Source of the DNA: Callorhinchus milii
Lineage: Eukaryota
Direction of reading: 5' to 3'
NCBI RefSeq assembly: GCF_018977255.1
Contig: NW_024705389.1
Location: 1 to 49,166 of the forward strand
Length of the DNA: 49,166 nucleotides
The notes under the pieces were generated by a model. It had not been told where the DNA came from and did not search any database. It saw only the letters and a list, made by a program, of their open reading frames with translations. The position numbers and the translations under genes were made by a program. Positions 33,711-47,107 of this stretch are shown in pieces (position 1 is the first letter of the stretch; every line of letters starts with the position of its first letter).

Positions 33711-36700
33711 AAGAGTGAAATCTGCTGAGGCAGGCTGTTTATAAGGTTTCAAGATGGGCTGGGCAGCTAATGTTAGCGAGTCTAAGAGAGCGAGTAGGAG
33801 AGAGAAATTTGCTTGTAAATGTGAATGTAAGCTCGGCGAGGGCAAAGCTCGGCTCGGGCCTGGAAATTTGAGAAGTGACAGCAGCAGATGTGTGCGTCTT
33901 GTTTGGAAGGTACGGTTTTTCAGCCTGCACTATTCTTTTGTTGTGATTGTTTTTTCTCATCATTCACTGATTTCATGTTTGGAACTGAGAATCTTTACAT
34001 TTTAACCAGGGGCTAAACACTACGTGACGTGCCTCTGAGATTGTTATCATAACATGTGTCACTGTGTGCATGTGAGGGTGTTTATATGTGTTCCGGGAGA
34101 TATGGGAATATGTCTATTCCTCTGTCTCTTTCTATCTCCTCTCTGTCTCTTTCGTTCTCTCTGTCTCTCGTTTAAGACTACAGCCTCATCTACAACTAGA
34201 CCACCAAACTGTGCTCCGCCACAAACCACTGACGTTCACCACCGTGACGTTGAAGCATCGGGGGGGGGGGGGGTGCACGCTCTGGTGATCGGAGTTCGAT
34301 TCTCGTTCATGGCCATCACTAGTGACCATTATTTGAACCGGTCCTGGGCCTTCCGTAGGTCGACTCAGCCTCAAATGTGTACCTGGTGTGGTGTGTAGTA
34401 AACATCGCGACTGGGGAGACAAATGCTCACTAACAGATCTTGCCCTAACAGACTGCGAAAGGATATATAGGTAATGTTTGGCTTTGTCTTTGTGATTGTA
34501 TTTGTGTGTTTCTGCTGCACCTAATCTGGCACAGCAGAACAACCCATGGCAACTGGGTCTGTCCCGTAACCTCCTGCACGTAGCCTGTCACAGCAGTCAA
34601 CCCATGGCACCTGAGTGTGTCTCCACGACCTCGTGCCAGCAAGCCTTCGACACTTCATGTGGCCTCAAAGTGCGCCGTTGTGGCATCACCGCCACGCCTA
34701 TCGTGTGTTTGTATTGTTTGTGGTTGTAACTTGCTGACCCGCTCTTACTGGACATCTGTGACAGAGATCTTCATAGGTCATCAGATTTTCCCAGTCTATA
34801 TGAAGAGTGTGATTTCGAACTGGAACCGGCAATCTAACTCAGGTATCTGAGTTTGCAGCAGAATGTGAAAACCACTACACAACTAGTCCTCAAAAAGCAT
34901 AAACAGACATGTTTAAATACAATCACGAAGATAAAGTTTCCCCACGTTGCCTTTAGCAGACTGTATTGGCAAGCGCTGTTAGCGAGCACCTATGAAGGCT
35001 TCCAAGGCACACTAGGGGATGGGTGGTCAGCACCACGGCCGGACGCCTTTGTCTCTCCAGTGGCGATGTTTACACACAGCACCAGGTACTCATTTGAGGC
35101 TGATTCGACCTAGGGGAGGCACAGGACCGGTTCAGATAATCGTCACTGATGTTGTCCGTGAGTGGGGATCGAAATCAGGTCGCCAGGTTGGTAGAGCAGC
35201 ACACTAACAGCTACACTACTGGTCCTCTGCACACACACGTACACACATACATACACTTACAGACACACGTGACTTTACCGAAAGAACCAAGAAGATACAC
35301 ACTCATTCTTAACTCATTCACTGATTCCTTGCATAATTCAATAATTCCTTCCAGCACCTCCCACCAGCTTCCTAATGCTTTCTTACGATTATTACAGGTC
35401 CAGCCGTTGCTAGGAACGCCGTCTCTCGAGATGCCATCAGTAACAGATGACTTTGTTTTTAATGCACCGTTTTTAGAGACCAGTTGCTCGGGACGCCGTT
35501 GTTACGGATGCCGTTTGTAGGAAAGCCATCGCTCAACCGCACCATTGCTAATGGTGTGGTTTAGGGGTGGTGAGTGGGGAGTTGTAGAGACGTGGTGTTG
35601 TCGTGGCGTAGTGGTTCAACGTATTCCTGTAATGATCTCGAGGTGTAGTGCAGTGGTGCATTGGTGTGCTGCAGTTTGGTGGTGTTGTTGTAATTGAGGG
35701 TGTTTTCTCAAACGAGAGACAAGACAAGAGAGAGACAGAGAGAGACTACTCCTGTGACTGCGAAACACGCAAACACACTCTGAAATGCAACAGTGGCACA
35801 CATGTTATGATAACAACTTCAGGAATGCCATGTAGGGTGCAGCCCCTATGTAAAACATCACCAAGCTTTTCAGTCCCAATCATGAAAATCTGTCAATGAT
35901 GAGCAAAACAAACCTATCACAACCAAAGAATAGGGTAGGCTAAAAACCATACGTTCCAAACAAACACGCACATTATTTAATTTACAAGGACACGGCCATT
36001 TATGTATATGCAGCATTTCCTGAATACGTACATTGTGGTCCTCTTGTCTGAGGTAATTTTCAACGCCAACATCGAGTCAATGTGATTGACTGACAGCAGG
36101 AGCAGTGATAGACAAACTGTAGACTAGTTCTGTCCTAATTCAAAGCAGAGGTCTCAACGCACAAGCAAAGATACTAAAAAACGTTGTTATCCTTTTATAC
36201 CGTCATAATAGTTTCCAGTATATAACTACTGTGATCGCCAACATTTTTTTCTTCTTATATATATTTGTTATTCTGCCAGTTTACCAGGAATATATAATTG
36301 AGTCTAAAGACTATTTTCTGGAAGGTTTTGCTTATATTTATTCACAATAGTCAGGGACAGTGTTGCTGCTGTTATGTAACCCGCATTGGGTAATGTGCAG
36401 GTACGTTTTAAACATTGCCATGTTTTTTCAAACACCAATTACATTTTCTGGGGTTTTCGCTGTGGGAGAAAACCAGATAATCTGTAACCCATGGCGAGCA
36501 GTGAGACAGAATACAAGCTCCAAACAGTCACGCTCACTCACCCTCATACAGAACAAGCAGAGACTATACCAAGTCCACCCAAAAAGGCACACGAGTCTGG
36601 AATCAATCCCAGACACTTCCTGCTGCGTTACTCTGCCTCCAAAATATAACGTGATTTCATTATTTTTGCCAATGTGGTGTCAGATTCCGATGCATCTTAT

Positions 36701-36774
36701 GCAACTCCTCACCCCGTTAATCCGGCTGCTTTGGATTGTTGAGCCCAATTATCTGGGATCTAGTTCCGCATCAG

Positions 36775-39755
36775 TTGAGCCCCTCGAGAGGGATCGCGTC
36801 CGCGGCGCAGTGGATGATATGCTGGCCGCTGACATTATTTCTCCGTCCAACAGCCCATGGGGTGCTCCGGTTGTTCTGGTTTAGAAGAAGGATGGTAGCC
36901 TGCGATTTTGTGTTGATTTTCGGAGGCTAAATAAAGTGTCGGTTGCAGACGCGTACCCCCTACTTCGTATGGATGATTCCCTCGATGCCTTGTCTGGGGC
37001 GAAATTTTTTTCGACCCTCGACCTCTCCTCAGGGTTCTGGCAGCTCCCCTGGACGAGTCATCGAGGGAAAAGACGGTTTTCCGTACGTCGCAGGGGCTTT
37101 TTCAGTTTAATTGTCTCGCCATGGGATTGAACGCCACCTCTGCTACGTTCCAAAGGTTAATGGAACTCGTGTTGACCGGCCTGCAGTGGGACACGCAGCC
37201 TGATTTATTTGGAGGACGTCATTGTTTTCAGCCGCACTTTTGAGGAGCATCTTCAGAGATTGGATGCTCTTTTTGCTAGGGTGCGTTCCGCTAATTTGAA
37301 ATTTAAGCCCAAGAAGTGTCACCTTTTGCAACACCCCGTGCGCTATTTGGGTCAGATTGTCAGCCCTGATGGTGTGGCCACGGACCCGGACAAAACGGCG
37401 TGCGTTCGGGACTGGCCGACTCCGGCCACGGTGGGGACGTACGTCGATTTGTCGGGTTTGCTTCCTATTATTACCGCAGATTTGTACCAAATTTTGCTAC
37501 GATTGCTAGGCCGCTGCACCTCCTTACGGCGACGAATCAGAGGTTCAAATGGGGGCCGGAGGAGGAGAAGGCATTTCGCGGCCTACGCGATCGATTGGCA
37601 TTAGCACCGACGCTGGATTACCCTGATTTTGCTTTGCCTTTCATTTTGGATACCGACGCTAGTGACACGGGTATTGGCGCCGTCCTATTGCAGTTTAAGG
37701 GTGGCGTCGAATGCGTTGTTGCTTACGGGAGTTGCATTCTCTCTCCGGCTGAGACCCACTACTGCGTCACCCGGCGGGAATTGTTAGCTATCGTGCATTT
37801 TGTCCCCAATACTCCCGTATCTGTATGGCCGGAAATTCATTGTGCGCACGGACCATGCGGCTTTGCAATACTCCTTGAAAGTTGACCAGCCATCTGGCCA
37901 GCTGGCACGATGGCTGGAAACTTTGCAGGAGTTCTCGTTTGACATTCAATACCGTAAGGGTTCGCGTCACGCTAATGCGGACGCGCTCTCCCGACTGCCG
38001 CATGGGTCCACCTGCGCATGTGCCTCGGGCACGAATAGGTGCACGCGGGTTCCACAGCCCCCGTGGCCTGTCATATCTGCTGTGGAGAAACCCGCGGCTC
38101 CACGTGTCCGGAGCCGCTGATGGGGTTTTGAATTTGCCGCGTTCCGTGTGGGTTCGTGAACAATTGCTCGATGACTCGCTTGCGGCCTTGCGGAGTCAGG
38201 CTGCAAAGTCGAAGGGGTATCCGTCATCTGATGGGATGCCGGGAGCAGCTCTCCGGACGGATTGTTGATGTGGAGAGAGGACTTGCAGGGTCGCTGGCGC
38301 CTTGTCGTTCTGTTGTCGTTGCGATATGAGTTGATTCGGATTCTGCACACTGAGAAGTTGTTACATCTCGGGGTGCAGAAAACCTTGTTGACGTTACAAC
38401 GTGATTATTTTTGGCACGGCATGACGACTGACGTTGTCGGGCACATTCGGGCATGCTCCGACTGTGCCCGGCGGAAGCCGCCCAAACAACCGTATGTTCC
38501 CCCAGTGCAATCGATTAAAGTGACGCGGGTTAACGAATTGGTGGCGTTGGACATTCTGGGGCCCTTTCCCCCGTCCGCTCGGGGAACAAATTTTTGTTGG
38601 TCGGGGTCGAATATTTTCGTGATGGCCAATGGCTTGGCCTTTGCCCGACCAGTCGGTGGCATCTATCACGGAGGCATTCCTGTTCGGTACGTGATGGACA
38701 AGGGGGCGCCGGAACGACTGCTCACGGACCAAGGGAAATTTTCTTCGAACCTACTGTGGGATGTGTGCGACGCTTGGGAACTAAGAAAGTTCGGACCTCT
38801 CCCTACCATCCACAAACTGATGGGATGGTTGAACGGTTGACCCTGTCGGCCATGCTCTGCCATACGGTTAGCGAGAAGCAGGCCGATTGGGATTTGCATA
38901 TCCCGGGAGTGCTCTCCGCTTACCGGATGGCACCACATGCGTCGACGGGGTATTCACCTTTCTTTTTAATGTACGGTCGCGAGAATGTGCTGCCTGTGGA
39001 GGTGCAACTTGACACGTGTGCGAAGGGTCCTGTTAAACCCTCCCCGAGTATATTCGCGAGTCCGTTCGGCGTGGCGGAAGCGCGGGACGCGGCCCGATTG
39101 GCTACGGCCAAGACCCAGGCCCGGAACGAACGGTGCGCCCGGCGCTCTCATCGTGTGTCCCCTTGGCGGGTGGGGGACATGGCCTGGCTCCACTGCCCAC
39201 AGGTGCCGGTGGGGACCTCCCCTAAATTGCACAAACCCTGGCAAGGCTCAGTGGTGCTGATTGAGGTTCCTAGTCCCCAGTCCGCACGCGTTCGTGTCGG
39301 GTCGCGCCGTTGGTATGTCCACACGTCCGATTGAAGCCCTACATTGCCCCTCGTGTCGATGCGTCATCTCCTAACGTTGCCTTGGCGGTGTCTGTCGCGT
39401 CCGACGTGCCACTGCCCTTGCCTGTTCAACCTGCAAGCGCGCCTGTCGTGCCTCCTGTAGACGGGCCGACGGTGATCCTATCGGACACAGGGATTTCTGC
39501 ACCGGGTGGGCCTTCCACGGCGACGGGAGCACCTGCTTCCATTGCCCCTCCAACCCCGCCGAGGTTGCGGCTGCAAGGGGCCCCGATTTCGGGCCTCTCT
39601 GATGCGCAGGGATATGCAAAGGACAGGCCTCCACCAGCAGCAGATGATTCCGTTTTCGTCGCTCCTCAAACCCCATCCGGACTGCGGTCTCCGAGGGCGC
39701 CGGTTCTCGTGAAGGACGGGCCGGTGACCTGCACTCGTTCCAGTGGCTGCTTCTG
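36775..39755 (+). pseudogene. pol: Degraded Gypsy pol fragment (RT-RH-IN), related to the 14-21 kb element, no LTRs
   Basis: SPWGAPVVLV, DAYPL, LDLSSGFWQ, ILDTDAS, TRRELLAIV, NADALSR, LDILGP and YHPQTDGMVER are spread over many frames with stops. Confidence 0.92.
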
Positions 39756-39773
39756 TATGGTGGGAGAAACAGC

Positions 39774-40501
39774 TTAGCGGATGGTGCGGTCAGAGTATCC
39801 GTTCATCCTGGGGGCCCGATGTACATGTCTTAATTCACTGGCCAGGTGGTGTTTGTCAGAAATGCCATGAGCTCTGTGGTATAGCGTTTTGATGAGATAA
39901 TTATTTTGAGATGGGTGGTGGTGGGAATCAGGTTTCAAGTAGGAATCTGTTTGGGTGGCTTTCCTGTAGACAGAATGTCCCAAGGATCCGTCAGGTCTCC
40001 TCTCAAATAGAATATCTAAGGATGGTAGTTTACCATCTTTCTCCACTTCAATGGTAAATCTGATGGATGGGTGTCTGGAATTGATGTGGTCCAAGAAGTG
40101 GTTCAATGCTGGGAGGCCATGTGGCCAAATGACGAAAGTGTCATCCACATACCCATTCCACAGGGAAGGACGCAGGATGGATGTCTGGATGGCGTCTGAT
40201 TCAAACTTTTCCATGAACATGTTGGCTATCACTGGTGACAAGGGGAGCCCATAGGGGTACCCTCATTCTGTTTGTAGAAGGTGCCATTCCAGGTAAAATA
40301 AGTGTTGGTGAGGCAATGCCTAACCAGCGCAAGTACATCCGAATTCAATCCATGTTGGACCAAGTCCTCAATTATTGTTAGGGTGTCAGGTACTGGGACT
40401 TTGGCAAACAGAGATGCTACATCAAAACTGACGAGGATATCATCAGGAGATAGTACCATGTCCTTGACCATAGAGACTAATTGGATTGAGTTGAGTACTG
40501 C
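39774..40501 (-). pseudogene. Penelope-like (Poseidon-type) reverse transcriptase fragment
   Basis: LVSFDVASLF, GTPMGSP/SPVIAN (frameshift ~40240), YVDDTF, FTIEVE, LDI, VYRKAT and HHP motifs. Confidence 0.92.
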
Positions 40502-41732
40502 CGAGTCTGGCTTCAGGTGAGCAAAAATCTGACAATTCTCGAAATAAAAGATATGTTCAAGAGGAAAACACGAAAATAATTCGCACAGACATAGTCACAC
40601 ATCGCTTTCTTTCGTGAATTTCTAGGGGGGATATCGGAAGTGGGGATATCCATTATAGCCTTTGTATGATTAGGTATGTGAAACAAATCACACTAATCAG
40701 CTCAGTCTTAGTTCGCAAGCTAATGAACAGCACGGGCTGAAAAGACACTTAGCGAGTTGTTGTATTGTCACCTCTCCATTCGTATTTCCTGCTTTCAAGG
40801 TTTAGGCATTTTAAAATTCTAAACAAACATAAGATCCAAGTCCGATTCAGTACAGTACATAAAATCCGTGATCTAATTCTATCTGTGAAAAATGTCATTC
40901 CTGACTTACAATACCCTGGAGTCTACAAACTGAGTTGCAGCTGTGGTGATTGTTACATTGGAGAAACGAAACGTCATGTTTCTGATCGTGTCCGCGAGCA
41001 CAAGTCAGATCTGAAACATGGCAAAACTGATTCTTCCGCCGTTGCCGATCATTGCTACAACGCTGTGGGCTCTCATGAAATTGTCTTTTCCGAGACCAAG
41101 GTACTCTGCAAACTTCCTGGCTACCATCAAACGTTTGTACACGAAGCCATCCAAATATACAAATTCAGACATAATTTCCACCGTGATGATGGGTACTAAC
41201 TTAGTAATCATTGGAATTATGTTATTACCCATGCAGAAAAGATTTAACTACACATAGATTTGGAATCAGCACCCTGAAATTAGTCTAAAACAGCTGCAAA
41301 AGTCCAGGTCAGAAAAAATGTTTTTTTTTGTTGACCAGTGGTATTACCATTATGCACTTAGTGGCTAATTTTTCGCGATTATAAGCGGCTTTCAGACGTT
41401 GAAAATTACTAAATATTGAAAGCAGGAAATAGGGATGGAGACGTGACAATGTAATAACTCGTTACGGAACTGTCTTTTTATCCCTTGCTGTTCATTTGCT
41501 TAACTAAGACTGAGCTGATCAGTGTGATTTGTCTTACATACCTAAATCATACAAAGTGAATTGAATTACACTTGGATGTAATTGATATTCCCACGTCCGA
41601 GATTCCTCCGAGAAATGCACGAAATAAAGTGATTGGTGACTATGTTTGTACGAATTATTTTCGTGTTTTCCTCTTGAACATATCCTTTACATTGAGCATT
41701 GTCAGATTTTTTCTCACCTGAAGCCACACTCG
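40502..41732. repeat. Diverged ~300-bp inverted repeat arms (40502-40798 / 41416-41732)
   Basis: Reverse-complement blocks GGCTTCAGGTGAG, GATATGTTCAAGAGGAAAACACGAAAATAATTCG and TATTTCCTGCTTTCAA. Confidence 0.88.
40800..41199 (+). pseudogene. Penelope-like GIY-YIG endonuclease fragment
   Basis: GVYKLSCSCGDCYIGETKR..R..EHK, SAVADH, EAIQI and NFHRDDGY. Confidence 0.92.
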
Positions 41733-42037
41733 CATTAGTAATAGTCCTGACTAAACATTATTTTGTAGCAATGCTCTCCTCAAAATGAGCATGCAGACCA
41801 AATAAAAAAATCTCATGTTAATTATTGACATTTGGTGAATGAAGCAGCTTATATAAAAGTTGTATGTTGCGTGTGATGTGGATATCACTTTCTTTGTAAC
41901 CCGGCTAACCGTGGCTGCTTATCATTCGGAGATGGTCGGCACCTCCATTCCCTAACAAGTACGAGTTACATATCACGTTAAAGTTTATAAACTGCATATT
42001 TGTTGAGGTTTTACTGCACTGACAACTATTTTTTATC

Positions 42038-44940
42038 GGGAAAATGTCAAAACTGGGTGGTTTTTTAACTTTTGCAGACAAAACTGGATCCCAAATGTCA
42101 AAACTGGGTGCACCCTGGGTGGCCAAAAACTTGAGTTTTGGACACTCAGGGTGCACCCAGTTTTGACATTTGTCAAATACACTTGATAATTGTATACTAG
42201 CACAGTGTTCCAGCACTCCATTCATCCAAACACTTGGTATTTGTATACTGGCACAGTGTGCCAGCACCATATAACTACACACACTTGATATTTGTACGCT
42301 GGCACAGTGTGCCAGCACCCCAACGACCAACATTTCAAGCTACGGCTCGGACTCGGAAGTGAGCTCGGGGCGGGCTTGCGACCAGGCGGGCGCACTGCCA
42401 CCTTGCGTGATGACCTAGACTAGTGACTCGCGTCAATACCAAACTTTTGGATTGTTGGTTGATGCTACGCGCTACTGTACACCCTTAAATTTGCCATGCA
42501 TTCGACCATAGCCCGCCAAACGACCAAGCACAGAGACAAAGGCGACGTCCTTGGGAGATGGACCAGCCTGCTTGACGCTCCTGACCATGGTCCCAATGGT
42601 GCGGAACAAACCAACGAATGCGCATCTCGTTGATTGGTCAATCCTTTGGCCCACCGTTACGGTGATTGGCGGAAATATTGTGTGAAAAATCAAATTGCTG
42701 GCAATGAAAATAGACATATTGTCTCGTGAAAAATTGAAAGTAGACGTAGAAACGTGATTTTTCACAAGCATTTTTCACGAAACAGGTGGAGGAGCGGCTC
42801 ACATTCGAATGGCAACCCTCCACCCCAAGAAGACTTTTACCACGCGCCGCGAGGCCATCCACGGCATCCAAGACTTTGCTTTGCAACAAGGCAAGTGCGC
42901 GGTCCTTGACCTCAAGCGAAGCAGCGGACGGCACGTTGCCATCGTCTGCTCTAGTTCAACACCTTGTTCCTTCAAGGTGAAGCTGACGAAGCTCACGGGG
43001 GAACGACGCGGCTTCCGCGTCTCGGCGCTGTGCACGGATCACCACGGCTGCACGGGCACTACCAAGATCACGCATCGCCAAGTGGAGGCGAACACGACAG
43101 CCCGTTCGGCCTTTCGCGCCAACCCCCGTACCTCCGCACCGACTGTCATTGCCCAGGTCGCCGACGTTGCTCGCGTCATTGTCCCGACCCGGATGATGTA
43201 CCGCGCCAAGGACACGTGCATTGCGGCGAACGAGAGTGCGGCCCATGCAGGCTTCGAGTTCATCAACTCGCTGGTGGAGACGTTCGGCAAGCTCAACGCG
43301 ACGACCTGCAGTGTGCGAGAAGACGCGGGCATCTTCTGGGGTGCGTTCATCTGCAACCCGATCGCACGCTCGTTGCAGCCAAGTCTTCAACGCGTCGTCG
43401 GCATCGACGGGTCGCACATGAAGGCGCGCGCCTACAACGGAACCATGCTCGTCCTCGTTGGGCGCGACGGCAACAACCGCAACGTCCTTCTCGCCGTGGC
43501 GCTGGTGCCGTCCGAGACGGCAGCGGCCTACGACTGGTTTCTCAACTGCTGCACGACCAACGACATCGAGCTCGACGGCACGCCGGTCTTCTGCGATCGT
43601 GGCACGGGCATCCTAGCCTCCGACTGGAAGGACCTCATGCTCATCCACTGCACGCGGCATTTGATCTGCAACGGCGTGGACAACATCGGCTCCGCGTTCA
43701 CGCCCGACCTCCAAGGCATCATCTACGATGCCCAAGGGTGCGCCTCCGAGGCCGCGTTCCGCAGCTCCTTGGGCTGCTTGGGCGTAGCTCTGCCTGCGGC
43801 GGCCACGTACTACAACAAGATCGACCCCCACACGTGGGCGCTCTACCCGCACCTGCACACGACGCCATTGTACGGCTGGCGCACGACGAACTTTGTGGAG
43901 TCCACGAACAGCGAGGCCCTGCCGGCTCGCGAGATGGACCCCTTCCACTTCCTCATACGCCTCTGCCAAGCGCCGAGTCGATCTCAGCTCTCGGTCGTGC
44001 ACGTGCGGGTACATGAAGCAGATGGGCTTGCCGTGTCAGCACTACATTCGTGCCCTCATGGCGTTTGGGCGGATGCCCGAGCTCTACCACGCATGTGCGG
44101 TGTGTTACAAGTCTCTGCCATCAACACGACATGGACCTCGGTTGCCGGTATCGAGCTGCCCATTGCCGAGGAGCTGCAACGCGACAACACCATGATGCCA
44201 CCTCCTCGCCAGAAGAAGGCTGGCCGCCCGAAGAAGCGTCGGATTCGCAACCGTGGCGAAGGTGGCCCATTGGGCCTCACGCGGTGCTCCTTCTGTCGCG
44301 CCAAGGGCCACAACAAGCGCTCTTGCCCGTCGAAGTAGTTATATATATGTAACAAACATGTTTTGTTCTAAGTGTGCAGCACCATACTTCTCGACGCAAA
44401 CACTATCTACCGTTGTTCTACTATAGTAGGTGTAGCATGCAAGCTGGCACACTGTACCAGTATACAAATGGCAAGTTCGTGTATGTTCGCGAGCTGAAAG
44501 TGTTACTGTAGTTGCAAGCTGGCACACTGTGCCAGTATACATATGGCAAGTAAGTGTTACTGTAGTAGCGAGCTGGCACACTGTGCCAGTATACAAACGG
44601 CAAGTAAGCGAGCTGGCACACTGTGCCAGTATGCAAACGGGAAGTTTGTGGTGCAAGGTATGGAACATGAGCCACGAGAAACATCATTTGGAACGCTCTA
44701 AATCTGTGGCGACATATGGATGAATAACGCAAGGACCTAAACGTGTACAAAATGATACATTAAATCGTACACCTTCTTCACCCAGTTTTGACATTTGTCC
44801 ACATTGAACATCACCCAGTTTTGTCATATCAAAAAGCACCACCCTGTTTTTGCCTGTCGTTTTCCAAGACCACCCAGTTTGAGATTTGGGATCCAGTTTT
44901 GTCGGCAAAAGTTAAAACCAACCAATTTTGACATTTTCCC
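42038..44940 (+). mobile_element. MULE copy 2 (2903 bp), internally deleted
   Basis: Same TIRs (slightly mutated) and a perfect 10-bp TSD ATTTTTTATC (42028-42037, 44941-44950); near-identical to copy 1. Confidence 0.97.
42809..44338 (+). pseudogene. MULE transposase derivative, 509-aa ORF lacking an in-frame SWIM domain
   Basis: 188-bp deletion at 43955/43956 (copy 1 positions 25719-25906) plus a 1-bp deletion at ~44108 that restores the frame. Confidence 0.9.
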
Positions 44941-46339
44941 ATTTTTTATCGTACCCACATCCCCTCGTTCTCCCAGCGTATCCCCTATCCCTCAACCCCG
45001 CACTTGTTGGTTTTCTGTCTGAGAGAAAACTATCTAAACACATTTTCCCATTCGTGTTAGAGACCACGCTAAATGCCAGCGAACAATTGACCATGGCACA
45101 TTGCGCTTAGTTCATTGCTTGGTGCTTGCGAGCTGAGACTTGACTGAAAAGATTGGAAACCTGATTTTCTTATTTCTGGCCAAATCTGCTTTTCTGGTGA
45201 CAAGTGCACGCACAGCCCTTTTTTAGAGCCATAGCTTCATGAGGGCCTCCTGGCACTGTCCTTAATTGTCCATTGTTCAGCAAGCTGATCCACGCAGATT
45301 GGTTGAATCTAGTGAGCATTCACCCTGGATTCTAGTACGGTACGAGAATGTGTTTTGCTTCATTGAAGTCTATGGTACATGTCGATTGGATGAGTGTATG
45401 GGTGCACTTCCTCGTGTTTGTTGACTTTTTTTCGTAACACCTTGCAAGGTGAGTGCTGTGAGCTGAGTTTCATTTCCCAGCTGCGTTGATGCGCTGTATG
45501 ATGGGTGATCATAACATTTTGTGCCTGTCAAATAAAATTTAATTGGCCTTATATAGTCATTGTGTTTTTCGAATTAGTTAATATTGTCATCAACGCCGTC
45601 GGTCCACCTCTGCTGCATCTTGTCTATGCCTATTCATTGGACGCGTTTGCCACGTATGTCAAAAACTCCTCGACACATGACATCAGTTCGCACGAACCCT
45701 TACCTTCATCTTTTCTGAAAATGCTGTCTTGGGCAAAGCTGTATTTCACGTAGAATAAACCTTACAGGAAAATATGGTTGCATTTCCCCATCTAAAATTA
45801 TCACCCCTTCCTCTTTAACTTATTCTACATGATATCCTCCCTTGTTATTGTCCTAAAGGATATTCAGTCACTTTCCATTGCTTTTGAATGTGTTTACACT
45901 TTATTTTTCAATGTCACCTCCACACAAAACCGATTACTCTTCCTGCACTGTGGCACTCATGCCAAATACTCACCCCTGACACTGAGATGCCAGCCTAATG
46001 TTCGACCCTAACATTATAACTTGAACATTAATATTTCCCCCTCGAGGCATCTGTATGACGAACATCTTCAACGAGTGGACGGCGAGATGCGTGCGGCAAT
46101 GCAAACATTTGCATTTTGCGGGTGTCTGTGAGAGTGTTTGATGATTCGTCTTCCAGGTGTCCATCTGACCGATATAATTAACGCTTGGATGTTTATATGG
46201 TTGCAGCAATATGTAAACATGCCATTGTGCCTATTGTGTCTGTTATATTATCACGCAAAAACACACACAAAACATATCCACACAAACATACGTGGTAAAT
46301 AAATAATTAACAGAATTGATTCATTAACACCTTCCAATG

Positions 46340-46849
46340 TGTAATAAAGGACTCTCAGCCGATGTTGTTCTCCGTGTCCTTATTGGGTTCTTGCTCGCAC
46401 CCCGCGATGTCTCCGCTCCGACCCGCACCTTCTCCGCCTCGTGCCTCCGCACGTCGTCTGAGTCCTCCACTCCCGCTCTCTCTCTCTCTCTGGAGCCACC
46501 CCGCTGCCCGTGTGCTCCGCATATTCCACAGCCCCCTTGCTGCTCCGTGTCACTCCGCACACCCAGCAGCAACCCTGCTGCTCCGTGTGCTCCCGCACAC
46601 TCTGCAGACTCCCCCGCTGCTCCACGAACACCGCTGGCCGACGGTGCCGTGACTCCTGCCTCGTGGAAATCGCGCCACTCCTCGCCAGCACTCCGCGTGG
46701 CCTCTCCCTTCTCTATCCTTTCTCCACTCCCGATCCCCTTCCGGTTCTCCCCTTATATCCTCCCCCTCACGTGACTCTGACTCCTCCTCCTCCGCACGTG
46801 ACCCTGACTCCGCCCACACTCACGTGACCCTGTCCTTGCTCGCATTACA
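46340..46849 (-). mobile_element. Solo LTR, family C (510 bp)
   Basis: TGTAAT...ATTACA terminal inverted ends and 4-bp TSD AATG (46336-46339, 46850-46853). Minus-strand ATATAAG at ~46755, repeated CACGTGAC motifs, internal CTGCTCCGTGT repeats, AATAAG near the 3' end. Confidence 0.85.
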
Positions 46850-47107
46850 AATGGATGGGGCTCTCCCACAGCACTACTTCGAAGAAAAGATGAAAATCTT
46901 AGCCACGTCAAACCACGTAGAGCTGAAACATTATTCCTGTGTTCCGGATAACAGACATAATGAGGTAAATTGTGCTTAGCCGAAAGATTAATTCGACATA
47001 GCCGCGTTGGGAACGGTTTTCCTGTATATATATAAAATTGTGCATAAAATTCGGAGACTTCACGATACACCATGAGGCCTAATTAGAATTAAAATAGAAC
47101 ATTTGCT

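Noticed and set aside
44950..46330. Short ORFs downstream of MULE copy 2
   Set aside because: No recognisable domain or consistent splice structure.
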